DNA from: Haliotis rubra
Taxonomy: Eukaryota
DNA: 64,000 bases
NCBI RefSeq assembly: GCF_003918875.1
Contig: NW_025767452.1
Location: forward strand, 186,001 to 250,000
Direction: 5' to 3'
Made by a program: the position numbers and the translations under genes. How positions within the stretch are numbered: the stretch's first letter is position 1; each line of letters begins with the position of its first letter. Below, piece after piece: positions 51,149 through 64,000 of the stretch. The notes beneath the pieces are model-generated. The model was not told the origin of the DNA. It saw only the letters and a program-made list of their open reading frames with translations, and made no database searches.

Positions 51149-51712
51149 CTACAGCTTGTTCAGCCTGACCTGATCAAGTGATGACTAATGTATTGCGTGA
51201 CCGTGTCACAACTGGTTGGGTCTATTATTGTGATGGGGTGCACCTTTTTCAGTTGATTGTCAACATGTCCGAACAGCCGAGACAAGGTCGCCGTTTGACA
51301 TCTCAGTGTCAAGAAATCGTCAGCAATGTCTTTACTTTCTTTGAAAAAAGAAGCTACAGATGGTTTAATGTTTCTGATTCATGAAATAGAAATAGTGATA
51401 ATTGAACTGGGTTTAGAGGGTGATAGCGAGAGTGAATCGGATTGTGAAAGTAACTGACGTCTGTACGTTATAAAGTTAGTAAACCAAGCTAGATAGCATA
51501 TGACTGTATAAACAATTCAATTAAAACATGAAATGATTATTTTTTCAGAAATGTTGTTTTCCCGGACAAGTTCTGTAACGAATCCATGTATGCATAAATT
51601 ACATTCTCTGCTCCCCTATTTAATGAAGTTAACTCGACCTGCCGTTTTTGCCATTTGACCTCCCAGGTCATGCATATGTAGAGTAGCTCAGGTCAAGCTG
51701 AACAAGCTGTAG
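51149..51712 (+). mobile_element. Internally deleted DNA transposon (Tc1/IS630-like)
   Basis: 25-bp TIRs ctacagcttgttcagcctgacctga / tcaggtcaagctgaacaagctgtag. Relic N-terminus MSEQPRQGRRLTSQCQEIVSNVFTFFEK and an acidic C-terminus IIELGLEGDSESESD. Confidence 0.65.
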
Positions 51713-53232
51713 TGTTAAATGGGAGTAAGATAGAATGATGTTAAAAAACTTAAAAACCAAAAACAAATGTTTGAGAATGTCATGCACAAAACAAAAAGTT
51801 TTGTTAAATTGCTAGTATTCAAGTTATAGGTGTATCCTTTTAAAGTCAGTTTGACAACTAACTCCAAACCTTGCTACTCCACTTAATATTTTGCCTTGCA
51901 CCAAAGAGTTTGCGTTGAATTTGGTCATGACAGAATGGAGGCAATTCAATTGGAGCAGGCTTTCATAATTTTCAGTAGAATTATTACATGGACTTTTATG
52001 AGATGAGCTAACGACACCAAACAAACTTTAATAGACTAAGGCTTCAGAGTCAGACTAGTGGCTAAAGAAGCAACCCTGTATATTTAACCTTACTAAACTG
52101 GAAACCTTACACTGCATGTCCCATGCCAAATAACTCTAACCTGTCTACAGGTTACCTCTGCATGTTAATCTCCTAAATGAACTCACACATAGTGAAAGTC
52201 AATATTTAAAAGGTTGATATGTCATCCTTCCTCTTGTTGGTTAACAAACAGACCCAAACAAGCTCAAAATGTGTTCGATAACAGCATGTGGACTTACACA
52301 ACCAATGTAAACAAAGGATAAATATGCAAATGCAAAGTATTCTTCTATTAGGACTTTCACAATGAGGTTAATCATGTCATCAACATAAAACAGCTTAAAT
52401 GGACTGTGAGATGTAGCAGAGGGATCTATGATGGCCACTTGGACCTTTTGTGTAGTCTGCAAAGTGACTGCATCGTCTGCGTGGCTTCACAGTACCGAGG
52501 CCTTCATATTGTATTTGTAATCTATGCTTTGATCAACACAGGCTTTTCATCCATCAAGCTGGCAAATAGTATCTTGTAACTCATGCATGAGAAAAAAACA
52601 CTTGAGCTTTCTCTTCATTTTGCCAATGACAACATTATTTTGTGGATCACCTGTGTTGTCCACTGTGAAGAGATCTAAACTTTACCTGAATGATCCTGAA
52701 AGATCCAAAAGCGTGAAGTCACAGTTGGAAAATATTTAAATACAATTAAAAATAACCCAAGCATTCTTTATGTAATTGGTAATTTAAATACTGTGAAGGT
52801 GATAATGGGAGGAGGGAAAGGTGCACTTTGTAAAATACACACCTATTCAGACAATTGCCAATGCCACATAGTCTGTAAATCCAAAAGCAATTGTTTCATA
52901 AAGAGTAAGGTAAACACAATAAAAATGGACATTACGATATGCTATTTTCAGGTTATCCGGAAGCCATAATGTGAAAGTACTGGTCACAATCAACACCCTC
53001 AAACATCAGTTCCAAAGAGATGTAAACATTCTTCTGTTTTCTTTCAGACCAAACTGTCAACATTTTTTAAGCGCTTTTTCCTCATGTGTCATCTCTGAGC
53101 TGTCGCTTCAGACTGTTGTTTTGCGACGAGAACTAACCAAGCCTGCACGATACGGATAGTTGTTTCACAAAATTGGAACCCTTTTAAAGGTAACAAGCGA
53201 AGATAAAGCGTTTCTGAATAATCGGAGGCAAA

Positions 53233-53350
53233 ACTCACACATCAGTTTATCTCCAATGAAACCATTGCGAAATCGTCACAAGATCTTGACATCTAGTTCC
53301 CTTTTACTCATTCTTCAGCCATTTTCTCCACAGACGTCACTTCCGGAAAC
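53233..53350 (-). promoter_or_regulatory. Probable UBAP1 promoter and non-coding first exon
   Basis: Composite CRE/ETS-like gacgtcacttccggaa at about 53333-53348, in a CpG-enriched patch. Donor gtgagt at 53238-53233. Acceptor of the ATG exon at 50192. Confidence 0.5.
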
Positions 53351-53696
53351 AACAGAAGGGAGGTAACCAATATTTACACACGAATTCAAGTGATGAATCC
53401 TTTTAACAAAATATTCGATGTTTTGGTCCAGAGCGTATTTATTTTCTTCTTCACTTTTTGAGTTCACTTTTTCAGTATGAATGAATATCCTATCATTCAA
53501 ACCAAAGATGAGAAAATGGACTGTAAAATACCAACGAGATGTAGTTTAATGCACTTCAGAGCACATGAATTCAAATCATAGTAATCAATCAACACTTCCT
53601 ATCAACACTAGTATGTTCATGAACAAAAGAACAGAAGTGTTGTTGTAGTTGATTGTAAAATGACCAATAGAAATGAAAATCGTTTTATATCAATTG

Positions 53697-54127
53697 GTGA
53701 GTGAGTGAGTTAAGTTTTACGCCGCACTCTGCAATATTCCAGCTTTATGGCGGCGGTCTGTAAATAATCGAGTCTGGACCAGACAATCCAGTGATCAACA
53801 GCTTGAGCATCGATCTCTGCAATTGGGAACCGATGACACGTGTCAACCAAGCCAGCGAGCCTGACCACTCGATCCCGTTAGTCGCCTCTTACGACAACAA
53901 TGGGTTACTGAAGGTTCATTCTTACCCAGACCTTCGCGGGTCTTATATCAATTGGAGAAACCCAGTTCGCTGACTTAGTTGACACATTTCATCGTATCCC
54001 ATTTGTGTAGATCGATGCTCATGCTGTTGATCACTGGAATGTCTGGCCCAGTCTCGATTATTTACAGACCGTCGCCATATACCTGGAATATTACTGAGTG
54101 CTGAGTAAAACTAAACTCACTCACTCA
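53697..54127. mobile_element. Two family B copies in opposite orientation
   Basis: Minus-strand full copy 53697-53940 and plus-strand 5'-truncated copy about 53968-54127. The motif atatcaattgg occurs before, between and after them. Confidence 0.85.
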
Positions 54128-56388
54128 TCATATCAATTGGCTGAATAATTTGCAACGGATCGAGTGAAAGAATCTTCGTTTCACGTCGTTTTGAACAGTA
54201 TTACAGTCATCACGATGTGTCAAATCGATGGACGAGGAAAGTCCGAAATAATCCTGATCTGGAATATTTACTCCTCTCGTGAAACAAACAGACTTTGATA
54301 CAAAATCAGGGCGAATCAGTGTCTTTAATTCGAAGATACGATCATAGCTTCCCGACACATTCGCCAGACAAACTCCTTTTGACGACTTGGTTCACAGAAA
54401 CAACAACAGAATATGATAGCGTGAATTACTCCTTGTGATTATACAACTGTGAGTCTAAACTAGTTTCTGAAATGAACATATTTTACTGAAAAAAAGTTCA
54501 TAGTAAAAAAAAAATATATAATGAAAATGAGCCCTGAGACTTTCTTAATTTTCAGAAGAAAAACAACAATGTCGGCCTAATCTCTTCATTTAAGGCTGGT
54601 AGAAGTCTTACAGATGCAAATACTTAAAAGGAACATCCGGTAACCATTGATGATATATTTCTAATTGTACAGATATGAGTTTAAACCACTGCGGTATAAA
54701 ATAATGAGATTCGACATCGTAGAGGTATTAATGTTTCGCGGTGATAAGAAACCGACACGTTTAAGATGACTTACCTCCCTTTGACTAGTCACGGAAGTTG
54801 TCACCAGTCTGTTGGTAAGCCCTTCCTTTTTCGCTATTTTCACGTACGGTGGACCAAAGGGGTGAGCAAAATGTATCAAGAGGATTATGATTCAAGGACT
54901 CTGTCAGGTCAATATACTCAACAGTTCTGTCATTGTTACAGTGTAGCTGTTATCGTCGTCCGAGGTATTCCCTGAAGCTGTTGTCCCTAGCCCAGAGACC
55001 ACGGGCAGGCCAAATGGTTCAGTTGACAAGGGTTAACAAGCGGGGTGCTGTTTCTGTGTTAGTTGAATGCGTAGATGTTGCGTTGACCCAGTTCAGTCCT
55101 GCATGCTAATTGCTGGGTATTTTCTAACTTCGTACAATGGTGTGATTCTCATATGCAATAATAACGCTAGTGTATCCAAACAGATTACTGACAGAATAAC
55201 ATAGGGCGTGACCTATATTTGCTATTTTAGAATAAAGATCTCGAGTTACTGTCAGATTGAACTACATCACCCAACATATGATTGAAGACTCGGAATGTAT
55301 GGATAACTGAAACCAATGAACTGTGGAATGCCTAATTTGAGACCACGCATGAGTTTTATACGAGACGGCGATTCTGAATTGTACCCCGCCCAAAGTTATA
55401 TGGTCAGTTTAAGACGTTGTGCAGTTTCGATCCAATTTTCCAAGTTGTCAATTAAAACGAGCACGTACATTACGCCTGGGAAATATTAACTTTTGTAAAC
55501 GTATTAACAGCGATTCTGAAAAAGAAATCATCTTGGTGAAATCGATCTCGTTCTCGGAAAGGCATTCATTGACTTGAATTCCCTCGACTATTCAATTACA
55601 TTTCTCCGAAGGGGGCATGCAATATATCAGTATTAACTACCATGGCCGATCGCATCATGCATCACGCATTTGAACTTTTTAAACCCTAATAGAGACATGT
55701 GGCTATGTCTCCTTGAAGTGTTTTGTGACTGTCAATGTACGATTCAATGGGGTTCCAAATTAGTGTAGACCGTATGGGGCAATATTGCTCACATTGAGTT
55801 TCATAACTTTCCGATATATGCACGCTATGTTTATGAGGAGTATGACGTCACGTTTGAAAGACTTGTATGTCGTCATGTATTCTTCATGACGTCACATATT
55901 GATTTATGGGTAATATTACGGGTTATTATTAATCATATTCATTATAACCTGGAAGTGCGGATATTTGGCGAGGGGCAAACAGCATTCATTCCCAAGGTAC
56001 AAACTTCCAACTTCTGAGTAGACACACGACCATTCTACCATTCTTGGTAAATCAGCAGACATCCTGATATATTTCTGGAATACTGCTTTAAAGCCGTTTT
56101 AATCCCATTTCACTTAGTTTTGGTATATTGTACAGTACATCCCCAGGACGATAGTATAATAGTACAGGGAGAGATAATCCTTTAGTGTAATATTAAATTT
56201 TTACGGCAATATTACACTAGCGTAATATCGCTAGACATATGACGTCATAATGGTTACAGTTATGACGTCACGATGCTAATGCCTCTGTCGCAATGGTATC
56301 AGACCTTGCTTGACTCGCGGAAAATTGATATGAGAGTCATCACACTGAAGGCAGATTCTATCAATTTATGGTGGAGAGTAATAAACAG

Positions 56389-58731
56389 GGTGCCGTTCCA
56401 CTAACCGATCTTAGCCCTATGCCAATCGTAAACCCGTAAAATCCCAATCTTAGCGTGACGTTACGATCGGCATACCGTTCCACTAACCAATCTTACCCAA
56501 GTCAATCGTAAAGTTAAGATTCAAAGTCTAAGTTGTTCATGACCAACTTAGGATAGCTAAAATCAATCGTAGAGAAACCAAAATGGTGGCTTTCCTATTC
56601 TATGTGAAAAATAAGAGCGAGCAATTTCACCGTGAGCGTCCCCTAAAATCCCCCAGGAAATGAATTTGTATATTTCTGTGATGTAAACAAACACTGCACT
56701 GAAGCCCTACAAATGTCAGGCCAGTCTGACCTCTGTCGTCATGGGAACACAACCGAGCGAGTCGGTGTAACACATTTGTACAACAATATTGCAACGTCAT
56801 GGTTAAGAATAGGGACGGGTCATGAAGTGAACAATGTTCTGAAACAAAAAGATACAAATATGTTTGATTTCACTTGCGCTTATTTGGTGGGGATTCTAAA
56901 GGCAGGCCGCGTGTTATTCAAGACCACTGACAGATTCTACATACGTTATAGAGGATGCCTCGTCACGCCTTGTTTATTCTGATTGACAAGGTTCAGGCAC
57001 ATTAAAAGCTCTGACACAATTGACATTTTTAAAGTCCAGACTTAAAACCTGTTCTCAGTATATTACTTATAATCTCGGCTGTAAATACTCTCGTGTAAAT
57101 TATGTGTACATAGCGCTTTGAGCATGCCCAAGGATGTGGAATAGGCGCACTATAAATATGCATTTATTAGTATTATATTATGCCTGATACCCAGCGTTCA
57201 CACGCACTTGCACCTGAAACCAAGGTGCTCACTACCCTAATATTTTGCTCTAGGTTTTTATCTCCACGTTTACACTTGGTTGGAAACACAGGGGTATATT
57301 TGTAAGAATAATTTTAGAGGTTAAATATTTATTAACATAATTTCCTAAACATGAATCAATATCGAATGCATTTTTACAACCTCTAAAACTATTCTTAAAA
57401 ATTTACTGTTCCGTACATCATCCAAAATATAGGATTATTGCAAAGTTCATATTTCGCGCCCATTAGCAAACAGTCAAAATCTTACAGTATATTGTATTTT
57501 CCACCAATCGGATGGCCCGGTCTACTCCCATTTGCGAGAACTCCCAGTTGCGAGACTCCCAGTTGTGAGACAGTGGAGAAGGTAAGTAGCAAAGAAAACA
57601 CACCTTACTCCCCTATCTGATAGAATGGATTAACCCCAGCTAATCTATGGCCGACAAGTGAGTATGATTGCCGATGGTTTTGGAGAAAATGTCTGCTTAC
57701 TGTCGAGGAAATGATTTGTAGATGTTGCAATAAGTTTTTAGACCCATGGTATGCCGCTGCCGATCGAATCTAGCCCTACATAGGTGCTGTCAACGTGGCT
57801 GGAATTAATAAACGAATTTAAAAGGTGAGTTTTCGCTGTCTTGGGTGATCCATGATTTTGGCTTGGAATTGCGGAGGTTGCTGTTTTCGGTGAGTCGTGG
57901 CGTATAACTTTTGAAATAATGATCCGATTGTGACCATTTATAGCTCATTTTGTAGGGAAATCATCTCGCTTTCGATCCGTAGGCCTCGGCGGGGCCTTAA
58001 AAATAGTTTACGTGGTGAAATCTAACTTTGATTGAGGAGGGGGTGGTTCCGTCGTTACATCCCTTTCCTTTTATATAGTACTAGGGTAGGGTCTATATAC
58101 CTATATGTCTTTCTAACGCTGTTTCTAAGCGTGACACGCCCCTGTGGTTGGAAAAATACCCATGAAGGCCCGGGTTAGAATATTGAACTTCAATAACCCA
58201 TGCTTGTCGTGAGAGGCCACTAACGGGATCGGGTGGTCAGGCTCGCTGACTTGGTTGACACATGTCATCGGTTCCCAACTGCGCAGATCGATGCTCATGC
58301 TGTTGATCACTGGATTGTCTGGTCCAGACTCGATTATTTATAGCTAAGATACATAGCGTTCACTAACATGAACGCTCATGTTAGTGAACGCTATGCATCT
58401 TGGCTAGATTATTTACAGACCGCCGCCATATAGCTGGACTATTGCTGAGTGCGGCGTAAATCTAAACTCACTCACTCACTAAGTTGGTTCGTAAACTACT
58501 TCCATCATTTGCTAGACTATGCAAAGGGAGATAACTCGTGCCTCGCATTCCTCTATCTCTCGCACGAAAGAGTCGCGATCTAAGCTTGGATCGGATCGTA
58601 TGATCGGGACCGGCTACGATCGGCCTAAGATTGGGTAGTGGAACGGGTGTAACTTTTAGCTAAGACGATTGTAAAATTGGCGTAACTTGCTAAGATTGAT
58701 CTTAGATAAGATCGGTTAGTGGAACGGCACC
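56389..58731. mobile_element. Non-autonomous Harbinger-like element (2.3 kb) with nested insertions
   Basis: TIRs ggtgccgttccactaaccgatctta / taagatcggttagtggaacggcacc, TSD CAG, repeated subterminal copies of the TIR motif. No transposase ORF. Confidence 0.8.
57095..57180 (+). mobile_element. 3' tail of an L2/CR1-type LINE
   Basis: agcgctttgagc...ggcgcactataaat followed by a (tat)n-like end. Confidence 0.5.
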
Positions 58732-61700
58732 CAGAATACTAAACTCGCTTCCGTGAAATACCATTTTTATTAAACTCGTGAAAATCGCTCGTTTGATACC
58801 AAATCATAAACCCGTTTAATAAAAATGGTATTACACGGAAGGTCGTTTAGTATCCTCCATATACACTTCCTTAGATGCCATGGGTTGTTCTCCGGACAAT
58901 TCATAGTAATTAAAGGCTGGAGTATGGAATCTAAAAACAAAATTTACAATTTTTACAAATACATGTATTGTTCTTTAGCAATATTGGACAATTATATTCC
59001 AAGACAAATGACTGGATGTGTTTTATCAAGATATCGTTGCCACGGGTGATCCATTAACAACAGACGTCACAACTTTGTATCCAGAGTTACACCCCCTAGT
59101 CCCGCCAGGATCCACTGGTCAAGAGTTCGAATCCCACACTCGCGCAACCTGCGCTACGGTCATTGGTTTTTGCATTCCGTGCTCGTGTGGTTTGACCAAT
59201 GTAGGAAACGTTCTGCCTCCGGAGACCTTAATCCACTTTAAGCTGGCTGACTGTGATAGCTTTGAAACCAAGATGGGGCGGCGGGGTAGCCCAATGGTTA
59301 AATCGCTCGCTCGTCACGCTGAAGACCCGGGTTCAATATGGGTACAATGTGGGAAGCCCATTTTGCGTGTACCCCGCCGTTATATTGCTGGAATATTGCC
59401 AAAAGCGGCGTAAAACCCAACTCACTCACTCACTTAAAACCAAGGTTAACGGGACAATAAGCTCATTCATTCACTCATTTCCATTTATCACTGTCATTCC
59501 TTTTCAATGAGGGAGATGAGGTAGCCTTGTGGTTAAATCGTTCGCCTGTTTTGCTGAAGAACCCGATTCGATTCCCCACGTGGGTTCTGTGTGTGAAGCC
59601 CATTTCTGGAGTTGTTCGCCATGATAATTCAGGGATCTTGCTAAAAGCGGTCTACTCACTCTTTTTTCTCATTATGACATTGCCACGAATAGTCATTCCA
59701 TTCTCATGCAGCGTTCATTCAGTCACTCCTCATGAACCATCCTCAAAAACAGATAATCACTTGACACCTTACATCCATTTGTAGCAAGGGTATTATGGCT
59801 GAGATGGAGTGAACGAGAAAACCCCAATTGGCGTCAAACAAAAAAGATAATTTTCCATCGCATATCATTTCCACATAGCCATGCTGTACACCCATTGCAA
59901 TTGCTGTTCCTATTCATATACGGTATGTTGCGCAGTTCTGTTATTGATTGTTGAAGTAGCTTGTTCAACTCAAGCGTATAACTGAATCACATAGCAAACA
60001 AATATGATGTAAAAATGTGTGATGTTTCATTGATTGCTTCTCGCGGAAGGTGTTTACCATGTGATTTAGATCAATTAGATTTTGAAGACAGTAAGCCAGT
60101 TAGCGGTATTTTCTCACACTCAAGTTGTGTCGATGGAAGAATTTCTACTCTGTGGGGACCCGGGTTTGAATGTGCCCCCATCACGTCGCGGATGGAACTA
60201 AATGAGAGGCAGTTGGAATCTCTAGGTCTACTTTGGTGCCGAGTAACGCATTCGTAACTACTCGCTGCTTTCCGCGACTTACGCCATCCGGCTTGTGGGA
60301 ATGACACGAGTAGTTTACGAATGCCGAGTAACTCAGAAGGGGTCCAGGTACATTTCTGTATGCAGAAATGTACCCTAAACCAAGTCAAAATACAGAAACG
60401 TACCCAGTACCCTTAACGGCTGTCGAGTCCATATTCCGTAAACCCAAACCGAAACTGTATGTAGATGCTGCCGTTCAACTGACTGCGAGTGGTATTGTGC
60501 ACACGAAATATTCGTTACGGCGTATGCTCGTTTCTTATATACAGTAGTTCAATAAAATGCATCTAACGGTATGAGGGGCGGTGATGTAGCCACATGGGTG
60601 CAATGTGTGAAGACCATTTCTGGTGTTCCCGACCGTGATATTGCTGGAATATTGCTATAAGAGCGGCGTAAAACCATACTCACTCTTAACAGTATGACAG
60701 TTCCGATCAAGAAAAAGGCACAGTGCGGAATGGACTCGTCCTTGGATACGTTTCTATATTCTGATTTTGTATACAGAAACGTACACTGTATACACATATG
60801 TAGTACCCGTGCCGACAACGACCCCTACAGCTTGGTAACCTATGCTGCATGCTCGTATACATGAGGCGACGTATTGCGACTACAGGCTCGGTTGCTGCCG
60901 TTCCAACGTACCCCGCTTGCGTGATTCATTGCTCATAATATCAATCACTGGATTTTTCTGACCCAGACTCGATTAATTACATTCCGTCGTCATGGAGATG
61001 GAATATTGCTGAGAGCATACACGCACGCACGTACACCTGCATGTTGGCGGATCAGAGATTTACACATCTTGTTTTGCTTTCCACAGGGCGACCGAGTGAG
61101 CTTCATGGACTTCAGATGAAGATAGCAGATAAATACAACGTACACGAAATCACACGCAGGCTGCAGGTACGCAGTATTACATTCAGTAGTTACGGAGTTG
61201 AGTTTCTTTTTTATGCCAGGATCCGCTGATCTTGACTTCGAATATCAGTTATGATCCTTTGTTGAGCATTTAAACGTCAGCGACTTACTCCAAATTGAAC
61301 ACCTTGAACGCTCAAAGGTGTTTTTTATTCTGGCATTGAAGCTAGCTTGCTGGGTAAATCAGTGTAATAATGAAGACCATTACATATTCGAAACTGAGAC
61401 TGACAAACCAACTGCTGACATTATTAGCTATATTTTTCAATTACAATCGGCCAATTTAGCATTCAGTTTAATTTAGCATTCTACTTCTCTGCCGGCGATT
61501 TTTTTTGTTCCTAAGGGCGATAACTCTTATTTTGCAATAATTTAAGCGAAAACCCAATTTGAAAAAAATCCCGCCCATTCGAGAGAGGTGGCCTACTGTC
61601 CTGATGTTCATTGACCTGATTGACACACATGCAATAGCTGTCTGTAACGACAAGCCATGAGTCAGATCTGCGCCACTAAACTATGACTAGTACCGACAGC

Positions 61701-63301
61701 ACCGCTAAATGTCCCTACCTAAAATGCAAATGAGGCACTCGCGGCCATGAACGTTCCAACATTGGTCCTCTGAATGAGTATTCTGTGACTGTACGTATTT
61801 CTGATGTGCAGTGTAAAAACACTAAATGCCAACCAACACCAGAGAAGAATGATACTCGATTAGCAGCTTGAAACAGATTCCACTGGGCTCGAAATGCAAT
61901 TTAGTGTAAAACCACAAACATGGTAACGCGAGGTGTTCGCGAAAAGGGCAAATGAGTCCTGTCCGTCACGTAATGGCTTCTAAACAATTGAATCCCGACC
62001 AGACAATGACGTTATCGAAAGTCAGTCCAGCTATAGTAATATCTGAGTCAATCATATTTCAGTGAGTTCAGATTTACGCCTCACTCAGCAATATAACAGC
62101 TATACGGCGGCGGTCTGTAAATAATCGAGTCTGGACCTTGCAATCCAGTGATCAACAGCATGAGCATCGATCTACACACTTGGGACACGATGACATGTGT
62201 CAACCAAGTCTGCGAGCCTGACCAACCGATCCCGTTAGTCACCTTTTACCAATCATATTTCATATTTCAGCTGGACGGGCCTGAGCTGAGCAACTTGAAG
62301 GACAAGTCTGACATGAAAAAATACCAGGTAGGTCTAACCTAATGTGTAATAGATTTAAAACAATTTATGTTTATAGCTCAAACCCTGATTCACAACTGAG
62401 GGTAACTGGTTATTTAATTAAATCATGTTTAATCATCACGTTGGGTGGAACTGGGCCGCCTCCATAACGCAGAATCTCGCTCCACTTACCCATAAGCTGC
62501 TGAACTGAACTGAACTTTATTTCAACTCAGGCCGCAGACAGCAGCATATGAGGTATATATATATATATGTGTGTGTGTGGTGCGACATCTATTTTCCGTG
62601 AGCAGCAATAGCCTAGGCAAATATTGTCCAAGGTAAGTTTTTATACAATCATTTTCTGGAATATTATCTCAAACGAATATTCTTTAATTTGGAACATATC
62701 TGACCAGGAAACAGTATTCGCGTCCACACGCTCTAGCAAATAAATATGTCTGTTTCAGTACTCCTTTGAACTTGAACACCGTGTTCTGCAGAGAATCAAC
62801 ATGAGCAGCTTGATGGAGTCGTCGTCGTAGGACACCTTGCCACTGACCACGCTAGATCTGTACCAGGAACGCCTTTCCTATATTACGTTTGCTCTTTAGC
62901 ACAGATAAAAAGTCTCATCTTTTGCTTTTTTTTGCCTATAAGGAAATGTCATCTTTAGGACGATTTTGCCCCCGTCCTGCTGCCGTCTTTTGCGTGCTGA
63001 ATATAGTTGATTTGTAGATTATGACGATTTTGTCGCGATATATTCATTTCTAGCTTGTGTCCTTTGTGCGTGTGTGAAATGGTACCTATTAGGCTGCACA
63101 ATTACTTGACGGATCTGCATCAATGTCCAGAAAGAACATACTGCCATTGTATGCTATTGTTTTGAATGTCTTAACTTTCTCCTTAACCAAATTCTTTTGG
63201 CATCAGTACTTTGGTCAATACACCGTAGGAATGGTTTTATACTGATGGTTTGACACCCATAACAGTACATTGATGAGTGGTTAAACATTCTTTCTATCAC
63301 C

Positions 63302-64000
63302 ATGATGAGAAAACGAATGAATCACAGTAACATTCACGACCTATTTTACTCGCTGATCCACGGGGGGTTATCCGTCTTAGATGGTTTTGTCAGAAATGGC
63401 GGCTCACTAAAGATCAAAGGTCCAAACCGGAAGTCTCTCCTGATTGGATGCATTGAAGAGGAGCAGGAACGTGTGTTCTTTAGGTGTCTTCAGTTAGGCG
63501 TTGATGTTTCCGCGGCTGATGAACTCGGAAGAACTGCTTTACACTGGGCGTGTTTGCAAGGGAAGATTGATTTTGTGAAGGCCCTGCTTGCCCGTGGAGC
63601 AAATATAGACCAGATGGACAAGGAGCTAAACACATGTCTGATGCTAGCTGTGACAAGCAACCATTACGAAATCGTAGAACATCTTTGTAGATCAGGTTGC
63701 AATGTCAATGCCAAAGACGAGGATGGCGTTTCTGCTTTGCATTTGGCTTGTCAAATTATGCAGAGGGATGTTGTAAGGTTGTTGCTGCAGTATGGTGCTG
63801 ACTGCACAGTTAAAACCAACCGAGGGGAATCCCCAATAACCTTCTGTCTGTCCAACAAAGACATAGAAACAGTTCAGATCCTCCTCAAATCAAACGCGAG
63901 ATTTGCCGAGGGCGACACATATTCCCAGGATCTACTAAACGCTGTTGAAAGAAATTATACAGATGCTGTTCAGGTACTTCTATCATCTGGTGTAGATCCA
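63302..64000 (+). CDS. Ankyrin-repeat protein, 5' part (runs off the window)
   Basis: caccATG opens a 233-codon frame with DELGRTALHWACLQG, DEDGVSALHLAC and NRGESPI ankyrin repeats. It is absent from the ORF track because no stop occurs in the window. Confidence 0.88.
   Translation, partial: MMRKRMNHSNIHDLFYSLIHGGLSVLDGFVRNGGSLKIKGPNRKSLLIGCIEEEQERVFFRCLQLGVDVSAADELGRTALHWACLQGKIDFVKALLARGANIDQMDKELNTCLMLAVTSNHYEIVEHLCRSGCNVNAKDEDGVSALHLACQIMQRDVVRLLLQYGADCTVKTNRGESPITFCLSNKDIETVQILLKSNARFAEGDTYSQDLLNAVERNYTDAVQVLLSSGVDP

Noticed and set aside
52241-52462. Possible piggyBac transposase fragment (PFKLFYVDDMINLIV)
   Set aside because: Only a short motif resemblance. I found no TTAA-flanked TIRs or catalytic region.
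52686-52695. 10-nt candidate 5'UTR microexon of UBAP1 (tttcag|gatcattcag|gtaaag)
   Set aside because: Splice motifs alone, with no frame constraint available to test it.

Overview
Animal genomic DNA, intron-rich and dense in SINEs and MITEs. The repeat families resemble those I recall from gastropod molluscs such as abalone, but that assignment is inference. Five protein genes can be assembled by hand with GT-AG introns in consistent phase. (1) A GOLM2/CASC4-like type II Golgi membrane protein on the - strand (16834 down to at least 123). (2) An intronless mitochondrial EF-Tu of the divergent EF-Tu2 type on the - strand (24518-23093), broken by one frameshift at GAT-AGC-TGA. (3) Head-to-head with it, a 10-exon, 836-aa protein with 4 CCCH fingers, an RWD-like domain, Zn ribbons and a CHY finger on the + strand (25161-32710). 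(4) UBAP1 on the - strand (50179-40163; 7 coding exons, 582 aa). (5) The start of an ankyrin-repeat gene on the + strand (63302 to the window end). The most notable non-genic signals are: a retroposon family with no tRNA head whose copies start at the same nucleotide with a covarying hairpin/pseudoknot; tandem repeats that multiply real 3' splice sites in two genes; 64-66 bp palindromic insertions with 9-bp target-site duplications (TSDs); a Penelope-like foldback with a variant hammerhead core; and a four-level nested transposon stack.
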